From positions 1 through 64,000 of IMG/VR virus record IMGVR_UViG_3300028115_001312: a DNA stretch of 64,000 bases; one strand, given 5' to 3'. The DNA is from an uncultured virus (IMG/VR IMGVR_UViG_3300028115_001312) (Duplodnaviria > Heunggongvirae > Uroviricota > Caudoviricetes). A model generated the notes under the pieces. That model had not been told where the DNA came from, made no database searches, and was given only the letters and a program-made list of their open reading frames with translations. Shown here one piece after another: positions 28,987 to 37,910 of the stretch. Position 1 is the first letter of the stretch. Each line of letters begins with the position of its first letter. The position numbers and the translations under genes are program-made.

Positions 28987-29571
28987 TTAACTAACTGCGT
29001 ATGCTGGTACTACGTAATTTACACCGTTGATTTTGATTTGAAAATATGTTGATGGTGTAGCCGGTAAGGCATCAGCACCACCTGCAGCTCCTACTGTTGT
29101 TTGAGCAGTTGTAATATAATTTATTTTACCTGTACCATTTGGATCAATATCAATATCATCGTTAGTTGTTTGTGTTGTAATTCTGTTATCTTCTAGTAAT
29201 AATCTTGTATTAACACTTATATTTCCTGTAGTTGCTACATTTGTTCCATCGAAAGTAAATGCACCACTTGTTTGTATATCGCCATCAGCATCAACGTATG
29301 CAACTCCATTGTCGGTATGGTCTGTTAATCTAATTTCTGCACCTGTTGCTATTACTAGTCTACCTGTACCATTTGGATCAATAATAACATTACCATTTGT
29401 ATTATCACTAGCAATAGTGTTGCCAGTTATTGTAATATTGTTGCCACTTGCAGCAGTACTGTATAGATAAAGTTCATCAAAATTATCGTTGATTTTATCA
29501 AAGGCAGTACGTAACGGATCACCTGTACCGTCGTTTGCACTACTACCTAAGTTTACGGTTTGTTTTGCCAT
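28987..29571 (-). CDS. Short tail/baseplate-associated protein, paralogous N-terminus to the downstream gene
   Basis: ANDGTGDPLRTAFDKINDNF; DPNGTG repeats. Confidence 0.72.
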   Translation of the reverse strand: MAKQTVNLGSSANDGTGDPLRTAFDKINDNFDELYLYSTAASGNNITITGNTIASDNTNGNVIIDPNGTGRLVIATGAEIRLTDHTDNGVAYVDADGDIQTSGAFTFDGTNVATTGNISVNTRLLLEDNRITTQTTNDDIDIDPNGTGKINYITTAQTTVGAAGGADALPATPSTYFQIKINGVNYVVPAYAVS

Positions 29572-29597
29572 CTTGTTTAGACTCCTAATTTATAGTG

Positions 29598-29605
29598 TAT
29601 TTATA
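29598..29605 (-). promoter_or_regulatory. T4-like late promoter TATAAATA
   Basis: Full TATAAATA upstream of the structural gene run; core TAAATA recurs upstream of many operons. Confidence 0.6.
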
Positions 29606-29640
29606 ACCTGTTTTAATCTAGCCGTGTGCTAAATATTTTT

Positions 29641-29904
29641 ATGATACTGGAAACTGTAAAAGAATACAGAACTTACAATAGAACACGTCGTGGTAAAAAA
29701 GAAGAATGTACAATAGGTTATACGGTGTACATTTTACGTTGCGATAATTGTGGACATGACTTTACAAGGACCAGTAAAACGTTTGATAAAAGAAGTTCTG
29801 CTCATGTATGCAGTAATTGCAATCAAAAAAAATTTGCTCAAAAGCAAAGTAGTATACTAAGACAATATAACAGATATGATGCTAGTAGCAGTAGAAAAAT
29901 TTAA
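29641..29904 (+). CDS. Zn-ribbon protein
   Basis: CDNC and CSNC pairs; basic; ATG 29641 just downstream of TAAATA. Confidence 0.6.
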   Translation: MILETVKEYRTYNRTRRGKKEECTIGYTVYILRCDNCGHDFTRTSKTFDKRSSAHVCSNCNQKKFAQKQSSILRQYNRYDASSSRKI

Positions 29905-30209
29905 ACTGCGAAGCTTTCTCCACAACCACAACTGGCAACGGCATTTGGATTGATAACTTTTAGATAGTTACCTCCTAGTTCGTTGACCCAATCAACTGTG
30001 CATCCTAGCACAAACATTTCTGCTATAGGATCAACAACCAATATGTCGTTGATAGGCTCGCTCCACTTTACATCTGGCCATTTTGATTTATGATCCCAAA
30101 CATATGTAAAGCCTGAACATCCTCCACCTTTAACACCAAGTGTAACATAGTCACCATCAGGAGTAACTGACTTTAAATATTCTGTTGCTTTTTCTGTAAG
30201 TTTTAACAT
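29901..30209 (-). CDS. iscA: IscA/HesB Fe-S cluster carrier
   Basis: GVKGGGCSGFTY and NPNA..SCGCGESF. Confidence 0.9.
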   Translation of the reverse strand: MLKLTEKATEYLKSVTPDGDYVTLGVKGGGCSGFTYVWDHKSKWPDVKWSEPINDILVVDPIAEMFVLGCTVDWVNELGGNYLKVINPNAVASCGCGESFAV

Positions 30210-30231
30210 AAAAATATTTATCTGTAAAAAT

Positions 30232-30320
30232 TGGCGGACAGTGTAGGATTCGAACCCACGGTACCTTTTGGGTACAACGGATTAGTAATCCGCCGCTTTA
30301 AGCCACTCAGCCAACTGTCC
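30232..30320 (-). tRNA. tRNA-Ser with anticodon ACT (unusual A34)
   Basis: GGACAGT acceptor, anticodon arm GCGGA-TTACTAA-TCCGT, long variable arm GTACC-CAAAA-GGTAC, GTTCGAATC, G73 plus CCA. Confidence 0.9.
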
Positions 30321-30327
30321 GTATTAG

Positions 30328-30477
30328 TTAATAAGAGTATTCGTATCTTTTTGTAATAGCATTTTTTGCAGTTGCATAATCACAACCTGCCATCTTCATA
30401 ATAAATTTAATTGTTTGTTCTTGTGTCAATTGCATTGTACGAGCTTCTTGTACTGCAAATTCTATTTCCTGTTGCAT
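30328..30477 (-). CDS. Small protein, 49 aa
   Basis: AGGAGG SD and own sigma70 promoter; MQQEIEFAVQEARTM.. (manual translation). Confidence 0.6.
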   Translation of the reverse strand: MQQEIEFAVQEARTMQLTQEQTIKFIMKMAGCDYATAKNAITKRYEYSY

Positions 30478-30502
30478 AAAATCCTCCTATTAATTACTAA
30501 TC

Positions 30503-30531
30503 AGTATACTACTAATTAATAGGAGTGTCAA
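30503..30531 (-). promoter_or_regulatory. sigma70-type promoter embedded in a 13-bp inverted repeat
   Basis: TTGACA-N17-TATACT. Confidence 0.65.
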
Positions 30532-30699
30532 CTACTTTATACTAGAATTTTTGTTTTCACGGAAATTTTCATGTCCATAGATTTCTGCCCATTCCATAGG
30601 ATCTATCTCTCTTTTAATTCCATATTGATCTAAATTTTTAGGATTTATAACTTGTGTACTTGTAGTTGAAGATTTTGTTGATGTGTCCTGATTTGACAT
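30532..30699 (-). CDS. Small protein, 55 aa
   Basis: AGGAG SD; MSNQDTSTKSS..IDPMEWAEIYGHE (manual translation). Confidence 0.5.
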   Translation of the reverse strand: MSNQDTSTKSSTTSTQVINPKNLDQYGIKREIDPMEWAEIYGHENFRENKNSSIK

Positions 30700-30727
30700 A
30701 ACTTTTCTCCTGCTGACTACTTACTTA

Positions 30728-31789
30728 TCAATGTAATAAACAAATTTGTGTGTTACTATAATTTTCATCGTCCCATCTATAATCAAATACACACTCAGCA
30801 TCACTTGTTTTAATTTTATATACATCAAGATTTTTTATTAACTTGTCCTGTACGTCTTTGTAATTGTTTGAGCCAAAACTTTTTTCTAAATCAACCTTTG
30901 CTACAACAGGATGTCCCAGTGTTAAACTAGGATCTTCTGGATCCAAGTTATTTCTTTTCAACCATTCAATAAATCGTTTTACAGTAGGAGACATACTAAG
31001 ATCTGTTTGACTCCAGCGGACATCAAAATCTCCACTGCCTTGCCATTGTGATGTTAATGCAATAGTAGTTGTATTATCTAGATCAACATCTCCTTCATCA
31101 TTGAAAACTTCCCAATGACTTTTGCCTACACTCTTATCGATACCCATTGTAACATCACCTTGTTTTCGTATAAGAGTATGGACACCAAATGCATCAAAGT
31201 CTGTATTTGGATCTAAATTAAAAGTTGGAGTGTTTAGAAAACAAAACAGTTGGTTATACTGTTGCCACTCAGGTGCATATTTGGATTTCCTTAAACTTAA
31301 TGCACGAGATTCAAATTCATGACATAATAAATTAAGTTGTCTTATGTGCCAACGTATTTCTTTAGGTGCACGTTGATAGTAAGGAGATATTCTTCCTGCT
31401 TGTCCTTGTAGCTCTTCGAAATGCCTATGTAAATTATTGAACATGTCGTGATTCACATGTCCACCTGGTAGTCCAGGTCCTATGTCACCTTTTACTATTG
31501 TATTTTCTGCAGTAAAATGTTCTGGAATGTCATATTGGGCAAGTCCTACATTTTCCCAATTAAACATTTTTATTGTATTACAACTAAAGTTAATTTTATC
31601 ACATAGTACATGCAAATCTCTTTCAGAAAATCCCATCCAATGGTAATTTTTTTCCAAATGGTATTCTTGTCTTAATAGTGTATTAAGTGATGTTAACCAT
31701 TTTGTAGATAAACTACTTTCAATTACATCTATGAAAACATCTAATAGTTCATTGCTTCTGTTTCTGAGTGTAACTGTAATTTGATCCAT
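30728..31789 (-). CDS. Hypothetical protein
   Basis: 353 aa ORF; N.LHRHFE and LN.LCHEFE His/Glu helices. Confidence 0.7.
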   Translation of the reverse strand: MDQITVTLRNRSNELLDVFIDVIESSLSTKWLTSLNTLLRQEYHLEKNYHWMGFSERDLHVLCDKINFSCNTIKMFNWENVGLAQYDIPEHFTAENTIVKGDIGPGLPGGHVNHDMFNNLHRHFEELQGQAGRISPYYQRAPKEIRWHIRQLNLLCHEFESRALSLRKSKYAPEWQQYNQLFCFLNTPTFNLDPNTDFDAFGVHTLIRKQGDVTMGIDKSVGKSHWEVFNDEGDVDLDNTTTIALTSQWQGSGDFDVRWSQTDLSMSPTVKRFIEWLKRNNLDPEDPSLTLGHPVVAKVDLEKSFGSNNYKDVQDKLIKNLDVYKIKTSDAECVFDYRWDDENYSNTQICLLH

Positions 31790-31792
31790 ATG

Positions 31793-32011
31793 TTAGAGAA
31801 TCTCTTTGGAAAAATATTTTTCAATCATATCAATACGATCTTGTGCTGAAGCCAATTTATCAAGTTCTGCAATGACTGCTTCAGTAACATCTGAATGTTC
31901 ACCAATACCTGCTGGCATTGTTTTATAAACTTCAATGTTTGCTAAATGAACTGCAATTTCGCCTTCTGCTTGTTTCTTAGCTGCAAGTATTATTTGATCG
32001 CCTACTTTCAT
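31793..32011 (-). CDS. Small helical phage protein
   Basis: NIEVY...PAGIGEHSD; GGAG SD. Confidence 0.7.
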   Translation of the reverse strand: MKVGDQIILAAKKQAEGEIAVHLANIEVYKTMPAGIGEHSDVTEAVIAELDKLASAQDRIDMIEKYFSKEIL

Positions 32012-32030
32012 TTTTATCTCCCAAGTTTAA

Positions 32031-32106
<76 letters not shown>

Positions 32107-32113
32107 TTTGTTA

Positions 32114-33265
32114 TTACATATTAACTTCATAGAAGTCAATACTTTCTTCAATTAATTCATCTTTTGATTTAAAGATTACTTTATTTTGGTACTTTTCTGT
32201 AAGTATTTTTTTAAATTCTGTAGGCAAGTATTTACTTGGATTTACATATACTGTATTGCCTAGTTCTAAAAGTTTACAACAACATTCAAACTGCTGACTT
32301 TCATCAGTAATAGTTACTCCTGGCTTGTATGTAACGTAATCAAAATAGTAAGGGTTTTCATCTACATTTTCACCAATAAGATAATCTGCTAGAAATTTGC
32401 TATGATCATTGTTGAATTTATCTACAATATCACCAAACACATAATCACTATCTATACTACGTGCATAAGCAACCATTGCTCTATTATCTCTAGGTAGACA
32501 CGGTCCGCCAAATCCAAAACCAAAACCTAGATCCATATCATTGAACCTATTAATAGCACTGTCTATCTCTTGTAGATCTTCAGCAACTCCAGATTGTATT
32601 GCCAGTTCACCTATTTGGTTATAAAAACTAATACGTAAAGTCATCAAGCAATTAAAAGTTAATTTTAGTATTTCTGCAGTGGTTTGATTTACTATACTTA
32701 AAGGAGCATTGTTCTTTTGAATCTTACTCCAAATCTTTTGGCACTCTTTACCAATATCTATATGCTCTGTACCAAATAATACACCAGGCGGATTATATAT
32801 TCTGTCTATTACATTTCCTTGTGCAACGAAAGTAGGACTGTATACAACCTTGACACCAAGAGGAGTTAACATATTTTGTATACGTTTTGTATCTCCTGGA
32901 TTCATTGTGCAACCTATTATTAATTTTCTGTTACGTACATCACCTTCATAATTTAGAAAGTCTTTTGCTACTGTTTCTACTGCACTAATATCATAGTTTC
33001 CTGCAGGTAGACTAGGTGTTGGCACCATAACATAAATGTATTCACATTGAGTAATTACTCTATAGTTATCTGTTGTAAAAATAATATTTTTGCTATTTTG
33101 TAGTCTGTCTTTAATGCCAGGCTCAACTGTATCTACAATTTTATTCTGTAGCAATTCAACATATTCCTGTTTATAACTACTTGCAAATACATTAAATCCT
33201 GATTCTTCAAACACTAATGCATAAGATAAACCTAGTTTGCCTACGCCTATTATACCAATGTTCAT
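32114..33265 (-). CDS. ugd: UDP-glucose/GDP-mannose dehydrogenase family
   Basis: GVGKLG, EPG, VPTP, AEILKL..N, GFGFGGPCLPRD, YKP. Confidence 0.85.
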   Translation of the reverse strand: MNIGIIGVGKLGLSYALVFEESGFNVFASSYKQEYVELLQNKIVDTVEPGIKDRLQNSKNIIFTTDNYRVITQCEYIYVMVPTPSLPAGNYDISAVETVAKDFLNYEGDVRNRKLIIGCTMNPGDTKRIQNMLTPLGVKVVYSPTFVAQGNVIDRIYNPPGVLFGTEHIDIGKECQKIWSKIQKNNAPLSIVNQTTAEILKLTFNCLMTLRISFYNQIGELAIQSGVAEDLQEIDSAINRFNDMDLGFGFGFGGPCLPRDNRAMVAYARSIDSDYVFGDIVDKFNNDHSKFLADYLIGENVDENPYYFDYVTYKPGVTITDESQQFECCCKLLELGNTVYVNPSKYLPTEFKKILTEKYQNKVIFKSKDELIEESIDFYEVNM

Positions 33266-34122
33266 TATATTCCAATCATATCTGTAAAAGATTTGTTATT
33301 AATTGCAAATTCAAATGCAACTTTATTTGCACTTTCTAAAGGGTGTTTGTTAGGACCAAGTTCTAAATTATTTTCTTGACACCAATGTTTTAAACCAGTT
33401 GTATATGGTTCTTCCTCCCAATGCCACCAATTATATTTTTCTATGTTTTCCCACATCAAATGTAAGTTTGCAGTTGTTGTAGGACAATCATATCCCCTAA
33501 CACCATATTTTTTAAGTTTTGTACTTTCATTACAATTTAAATCTTTGTATATATCATCTAGTGCTTCAAAAATTACTTGATCTTTACGATGTCCTTCTAC
33601 AAATTGACTTTTAAATACTGGTTTGTCTTTCCAACTATGAGCTAAACAATTTATAACATTATAGTTTTGTGCTGACAAATTTGCATGTTCTACAACACGA
33701 GTTGTTTCATAAAACAAACTTGAATCATCAAATAATTTATAAAAACTATGAGCCCAATTAGTAACTTCTGTATTATCACTTGCATTAAAGATTTCTACGT
33801 ATGTACGAATGTAAGGAAAATCTTCACATACATTGTAAGCACATTCAGCAATAGTTTCATAACGATGATATTGTGACCACTGTAAAATAAACAGTGGATT
33901 TAGATTTCTTCTTTTACAATAGTCTATTGCAATTTGTAATTTCCTTAAAATTGTTTGATTACTTGCACCTGGAACACTACAATTATAAACAGGCAAATCC
34001 ATATGTTCACCAATAAGATCTACCCATGTGTGTTTACTTGGATTTGTCAGATTATTTGTGCTTTCATGTTCAGCGCCATACATATGGCTACATCCTATTG
34101 GAATTATGCAATCGTACATCAT
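33265..34122 (-). CDS. SGNH hydrolase-like protein
   Basis: GCSHMYG, PGASN, QWS...RYE, C-terminal HP. Confidence 0.6.
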   Translation of the reverse strand: MMYDCIIPIGCSHMYGAEHESTNNLTNPSKHTWVDLIGEHMDLPVYNCSVPGASNQTILRKLQIAIDYCKRRNLNPLFILQWSQYHRYETIAECAYNVCEDFPYIRTYVEIFNASDNTEVTNWAHSFYKLFDDSSLFYETTRVVEHANLSAQNYNVINCLAHSWKDKPVFKSQFVEGHRKDQVIFEALDDIYKDLNCNESTKLKKYGVRGYDCPTTTANLHLMWENIEKYNWWHWEEEPYTTGLKHWCQENNLELGPNKHPLESANKVAFEFAINNKSFTDMIGI

Positions 34123-34295
34123 TATAATCTTTTGGAAATGTCTTTAATCCTATTTACCATCCATTTCTCTATGGCTTTGGATTCCGATTCATTTATATCC
34201 CAACGAGCTTTTTTATCTGCTACTTTAAAAGTCGCTAGTTCGTATTTTAGTGCATGTAATAATGCAAGCTCAATGCCATCAGGAGTTTTAGTCAT
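34122..34295 (-). CDS. Small protein, 57 aa
   Basis: GAGG SD; MTKTPDGIELALLHALKYE..; TAATG coupling to next gene. Confidence 0.55.
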   Translation of the reverse strand: MTKTPDGIELALLHALKYELATFKVADKKARWDINESESKAIEKWMVNRIKDISKRL

Positions 34296-34307
34296 CAAAT
34301 CCTCAAA

Positions 34308-34337
34308 TGAAAAGAGAGGACATTTCTGTCCTCTCTT
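34308..34337 (-). terminator. Intrinsic terminator
   Basis: AAGAGAGGACA-GAAA-TGTCCTCTCTT followed by T run. Confidence 0.7.
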
Positions 34338-34343
34338 ATAGTT

Positions 34344-34622
34344 TTATAAAGAAACTTGCTTGGAAGCTAGAGCTTTGTAACCAGCAGCAATAACTTTTCT
34401 GCTTGGTGTACCTAAAGTATATCTCATACTCTTTCTACCTGTAGTAGACTTTACTTCATTTAAGTAAATTGGGTTACCAGCAAAACGTAATGCTTGGATA
34501 ACTGCCTGCGGATTTCCTGCTTTAAATTTATTACGGATATCTGCACTTGTTAATCGGTTTCCATCTTTAAGAGCATTTAATACTCTTGCTTGTTTAGTCA
34601 TTTTAGTTTTTGTATTAGACAT
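34344..34622 (-). CDS. Basic winged-helix DNA-binding protein
   Basis: Q.RVL.AL..G..LT..I..F....P.A.I..LR..G..I wHTH pattern; own promoter TTGACA-N17-TATAAT at 34657-34685 and terminator. Confidence 0.7.
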   Translation of the reverse strand: MSNTKTKMTKQARVLNALKDGNRLTSADIRNKFKAGNPQAVIQALRFAGNPIYLNEVKSTTGRKSMRYTLGTPSRKVIAAGYKALASKQVSL

Positions 34623-34684
34623 AATATTCCTTTCTGTCTTTTAAATGTATAGGCACATTATATAATAATTTTGTACCCATGTCA

Positions 34685-34806
34685 ATAAAAAGATTACCTT
34701 CTATCATTTAAGTGTGTAAGGCAATCTTTTTTATTATGTGTATGTTTTTGAACCTAGACCTCTATGGGCGATCCACGAACTTTCGTTACCTGCGGAATCA
34801 ATTTAT
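34685..34806 (-). ncRNA. Candidate small RNA between a sigma70 promoter and a terminator
   Basis: Promoter 34813-34840, GC-rich core with GAAA-capped hairpin, terminator inverted repeat 34684-34735. Confidence 0.4.
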
Positions 34807-34958
34807 ACAGTTATAATAGCATATAATAGGATTGTGTCAACCAGAAAATGTGTATTTTTTGTATCTAGAACCATATAGCATATGTTTATAAAGAAAAGTT
34901 GTAGTCTAAATAAAACACGATTTTAAAAATCGTTTAATTGCTAGGAAGGAGATCTATT

Positions 34959-35192
34959 ATGGATATCGTAAAAAGCATAAAAACATGGGCAGGAGCACTA
35001 ACTGAAATTGGTGTTAGCCTTATAGCACTAGGCATTGTACTAGAAGTATTGTTTAGTGGACAAAACATTCCGTTTTGGCCAAACATTACTATCATAGACA
35101 ATATCACAGGTATAATCACTGCACTTTCAGCTCAGGGATTAATTGGTCTAGTGGCAGTTTGGATTCTATATCATATATACAATAAAAAGTAA
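34959..35192 (+). CDS. Small two-TM membrane protein
   Basis: AAGGAG SD before ATG 34959; two hydrophobic helices. Confidence 0.7.
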   Translation: MDIVKSIKTWAGALTEIGVSLIALGIVLEVLFSGQNIPFWPNITIIDNITGIITALSAQGLIGLVAVWILYHIYNKK

Positions 35193-35202
35193 AATAGTAT
35201 AG

Positions 35203-35256
35203 AAAACCGCTTATAGTTGTTGAGCGGTTTTGTCTTGGCGGATTTGCCGCTCAACA
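35203..35256. terminator. Terminator region between convergent genes (two overlapping hairpins)
   Basis: AAAACCGCT/AGCGGTTTT and GTTGAGCGG/CCGCTCAAC share one arm. Confidence 0.55.
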
Positions 35257-36312
35257 CTATTTAAATAAATTAGCACTTATATTCTGTTGGTACATTTGAT
35301 TGTAAAAGTCAATTGATGCTACTTGTTTGAACTTGCTTTCACACATAATGTCAAATTCTTTGTTAAATTGTATTGCCCATTCATTAACTGCAGAATTCCA
35401 GTACATGTCACTGTGGGCTCTTAGTTTAGCTTTTTTGTAATTGTCTTCAAGTAGAGTATTGTAATTAGGTTTTGTTATTGAACAATGATCAACTAGGTAA
35501 TCTTCTCTGCTGACACTGTAATGTATGACAGGCCTTACACCTCGCCAACTGTCTTTTATGCGAGATACTCTTTCGTCCAGGGGCGAGATGTATTCACCCG
35601 TTTTAACCCAGTGGTGGTGTATATCGAGAACGAGGGCACAGTGTTCCGTAAGTTCGAGACTCGCATCCAGTCCCCATGAATTCTCATCATTCTCGATTGT
35701 AAGGACATTTCTCGATTCCGGAGAAAGTCTTGGGAGGATTGAAATGATGCCTTGTGGACCTTTTCTACCTGCGATATGTACGTTGCATTTGGCGTCCTGG
35801 AAGGACTTGCCATATCCCATGTACCTGAGGACATCGGTGTGATATTCATATTCTTCTATGCTCCTATCAACAATATCTGGATTATCGCTTGCAAGCACAG
35901 TAAACTGACCAGGGTGCATACTAATCCGTACATCAAGAGCACGAGCTTTATCCCCGACAGGTGCAAGATGTGTTTCGAGATACTGGCGTACATCAGGTAA
36001 CTGCCAATAGTAACTCCAACTAGACTCAGTGTAAGCAGGCAATATGCTACTGCCCAATCGAACCATTCGTAACTCATTAGGTAAACTCCCTACGTAAGTA
36101 ATTAGTCTTTCAACACTTTTAATATTGTGTTGCATAATATCCCACAAACGTTGTTCTGCAACTTCTTTAGTCTGTCTGTTAAGCCATGTAATAGTTGTAG
36201 TACGTTCATTAAGTGGACGTTCTATTTCTTCTAACTGTTTTTTCTTTAGTGTACGGTCTGGATGAAAATACTTACATGCAAACCCAATACGATGTATACT
36301 GTTATCAAACAT
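35257..36312 (-). CDS. uvsE: UV damage endonuclease UvsE/UVDE
   Basis: RIGFACK, RLGS, SMHPGQFTVLAS, NVH, IENDE, LDIHHH, HYS, AHSD, MCESK. Confidence 0.92.
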   Translation of the reverse strand: MFDNSIHRIGFACKYFHPDRTLKKKQLEEIERPLNERTTTITWLNRQTKEVAEQRLWDIMQHNIKSVERLITYVGSLPNELRMVRLGSSILPAYTESSWSYYWQLPDVRQYLETHLAPVGDKARALDVRISMHPGQFTVLASDNPDIVDRSIEEYEYHTDVLRYMGYGKSFQDAKCNVHIAGRKGPQGIISILPRLSPESRNVLTIENDENSWGLDASLELTEHCALVLDIHHHWVKTGEYISPLDERVSRIKDSWRGVRPVIHYSVSREDYLVDHCSITKPNYNTLLEDNYKKAKLRAHSDMYWNSAVNEWAIQFNKEFDIMCESKFKQVASIDFYNQMYQQNISANLFK

Positions 36313-36355
36313 ATACTTAATATAGCATATAAACTAGGTATGTCAACCTATCAAA

Positions 36356-36412
36356 CCGTCAATTTTTTGTACCAAAAATCGGTACAAATTATTGTTCCGT
36401 CAATTTTTTGTA
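36356..36412. repeat. 16-bp direct repeat CCGTCAATTTTTTGTA x2 with overlapping inverted repeat
   Basis: Copies at 36356-36371 and 36397-36412; TTTGTACC/GGTACAAA inverted repeat. Confidence 0.8.
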
Positions 36413-36523
36413 TCGCTGGAAAATACGACAAACAACCTATAAATATTTGTATAAATTTATTAAAAGAGAGGCTTACATAAATATTATTACATATGACAAT
36501 ATTGTCTTACAAAGAGAGAATCT

Positions 36524-37069
36524 ATGATTAGAAAAATATTTATTTACAGCCTAGCTGTATTCTTCATTGGCATGGCTAATGCAGAAACAATAGTAACAGA
36601 AAGCACAACGAACAGTAAAATTATTACTGAAGGAAATATGGAAACAACTGTAAAATCACCACCACCGAGTGCTATTAGTCCGCAGTTTAGTAGTGGCAGT
36701 AATAGTGATTTATGTACAATTGGTGTTGCCGGTGCAGTACAAACACAGATATTAGGTATAAGTGCAGGTACTACATTTACAGAAGACAACTGTATAAGAT
36801 TAAAAAATGCAAAGACACTATATGACATGGGCATGAAAGTTGCTGCAGTTAGTGTAATGTGTCAGGATAAGAAAGTATTTGATGCTATGATGATGGCAGG
36901 TACACCATGTCCTTATGAAGGTAAAATTGGAGAGGCAGCCAAGATTGGTTGGGAATCACACGAAGATAAAAAGAAACATGAAAAGAACGGTAAGGAAGAA
37001 CAAGTAGATGTTAAAAAAGCTGCTACTTGGAGTATTGGTGGGATTTTATCCCTACTATTGTTACTCTGA
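36524..37069 (+). CDS. Exported Cys-containing protein with hydrophobic C-terminal tail
   Basis: Signal peptide ANA|E; four Cys; ends WSIGGILSLLLLL. Confidence 0.75.
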   Translation: MIRKIFIYSLAVFFIGMANAETIVTESTTNSKIITEGNMETTVKSPPPSAISPQFSSGSNSDLCTIGVAGAVQTQILGISAGTTFTEDNCIRLKNAKTLYDMGMKVAAVSVMCQDKKVFDAMMMAGTPCPYEGKIGEAAKIGWESHEDKKKHEKNGKEEQVDVKKAATWSIGGILSLLLLL

Positions 37070-37901
37070 TAACATTGCACCATATTATGGTACGACTGGT
37101 AATGCTGCTCAAAGCGGACACAGTTGGAGTATGAAAGATGTACTACCTGCACCACCTGGCTTAGATATTAATGGAGTATTTTATAGATACACTGCAAATA
37201 AAAATCCTGAAGATGATATGAAAGTTCATGTACAAAATAAAAATGCAAACGGTACTGGATATGTTTTTAGAGATACAGAAGACTGGTCAGGTGCACCAGG
37301 AGGAATAGAAGTTAGAAAGGTTATTGGAATAGGTGATATCCCTAGAGAAGCATGGGGAGATGGTTCTATAGAAGTAGAGGGTACAGGTACTGTAGATGAT
37401 GCGAGTGTTATCTACAGTTACAAAGTTGATCCTTGTTATGACCCACAATTTAGTCCAAGTTGTCCAGGGTATAAGACACCAGTGCCTGTTGTACCTACAG
37501 TTAATCTAGATGATTTATATGATGCTACAAAAGATGAGTTTGTTAATTTAAACGATGAGGAAAAATTATCTATAGAAGAAAATGAAGAAAGACTAGCTGA
37601 GGAAGAAGAAAAAGAAAAAGAAGAAGCTGAAGAAAAGAAGAGAAAGTATAGATTAGAAAAATTAATGTCAGCATCTGATACTGCAGCACTTTTTGCAGAA
37701 AATCAAAGAATAGAACAAATGAATAATATTATGCAAAATCAGATTAATAATACGTATCTTGCCGCAACTATACCAGGTGGTCAGTACAAAGAAACAATTA
37801 GATTGGTAGATGCTAAACTACCAGATAGCAAAGCCGGGTTGAGAAACGGCTTAGCACAACAGATATTGCATGAGAAAATGATTTCTCAGCAATACAAATA
37901 G
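37008..37901 (+). CDS. Exported protein: beta-rich domain, Cys pair, charged coiled coil
   Basis: Signal-like N-terminus; DPCYDPQFSPSCPGY; E/K-rich helix. Confidence 0.75.
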   Translation: MLKKLLLGVLVGFYPYYCYSDNIAPYYGTTGNAAQSGHSWSMKDVLPAPPGLDINGVFYRYTANKNPEDDMKVHVQNKNANGTGYVFRDTEDWSGAPGGIEVRKVIGIGDIPREAWGDGSIEVEGTGTVDDASVIYSYKVDPCYDPQFSPSCPGYKTPVPVVPTVNLDDLYDATKDEFVNLNDEEKLSIEENEERLAEEEEKEKEEAEEKKRKYRLEKLMSASDTAALFAENQRIEQMNNIMQNQINNTYLAATIPGGQYKETIRLVDAKLPDSKAGLRNGLAQQILHEKMISQQYK

Positions 37902-37910
37902 GAGAGAAAA

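Noticed and set aside
34770..34800. Resemblance of CAGG..GAAA hairpin to SRP RNA domain IV
   Set aside because: Lacks the AGCA opposing strand; kept only as an unassigned sRNA candidate.
36262..36480. 72-aa plus-strand ORF across the divergent intergenic region
   Set aside because: Overlaps the uvsE start and promoters, has no SD, and is better explained as regulatory DNA.
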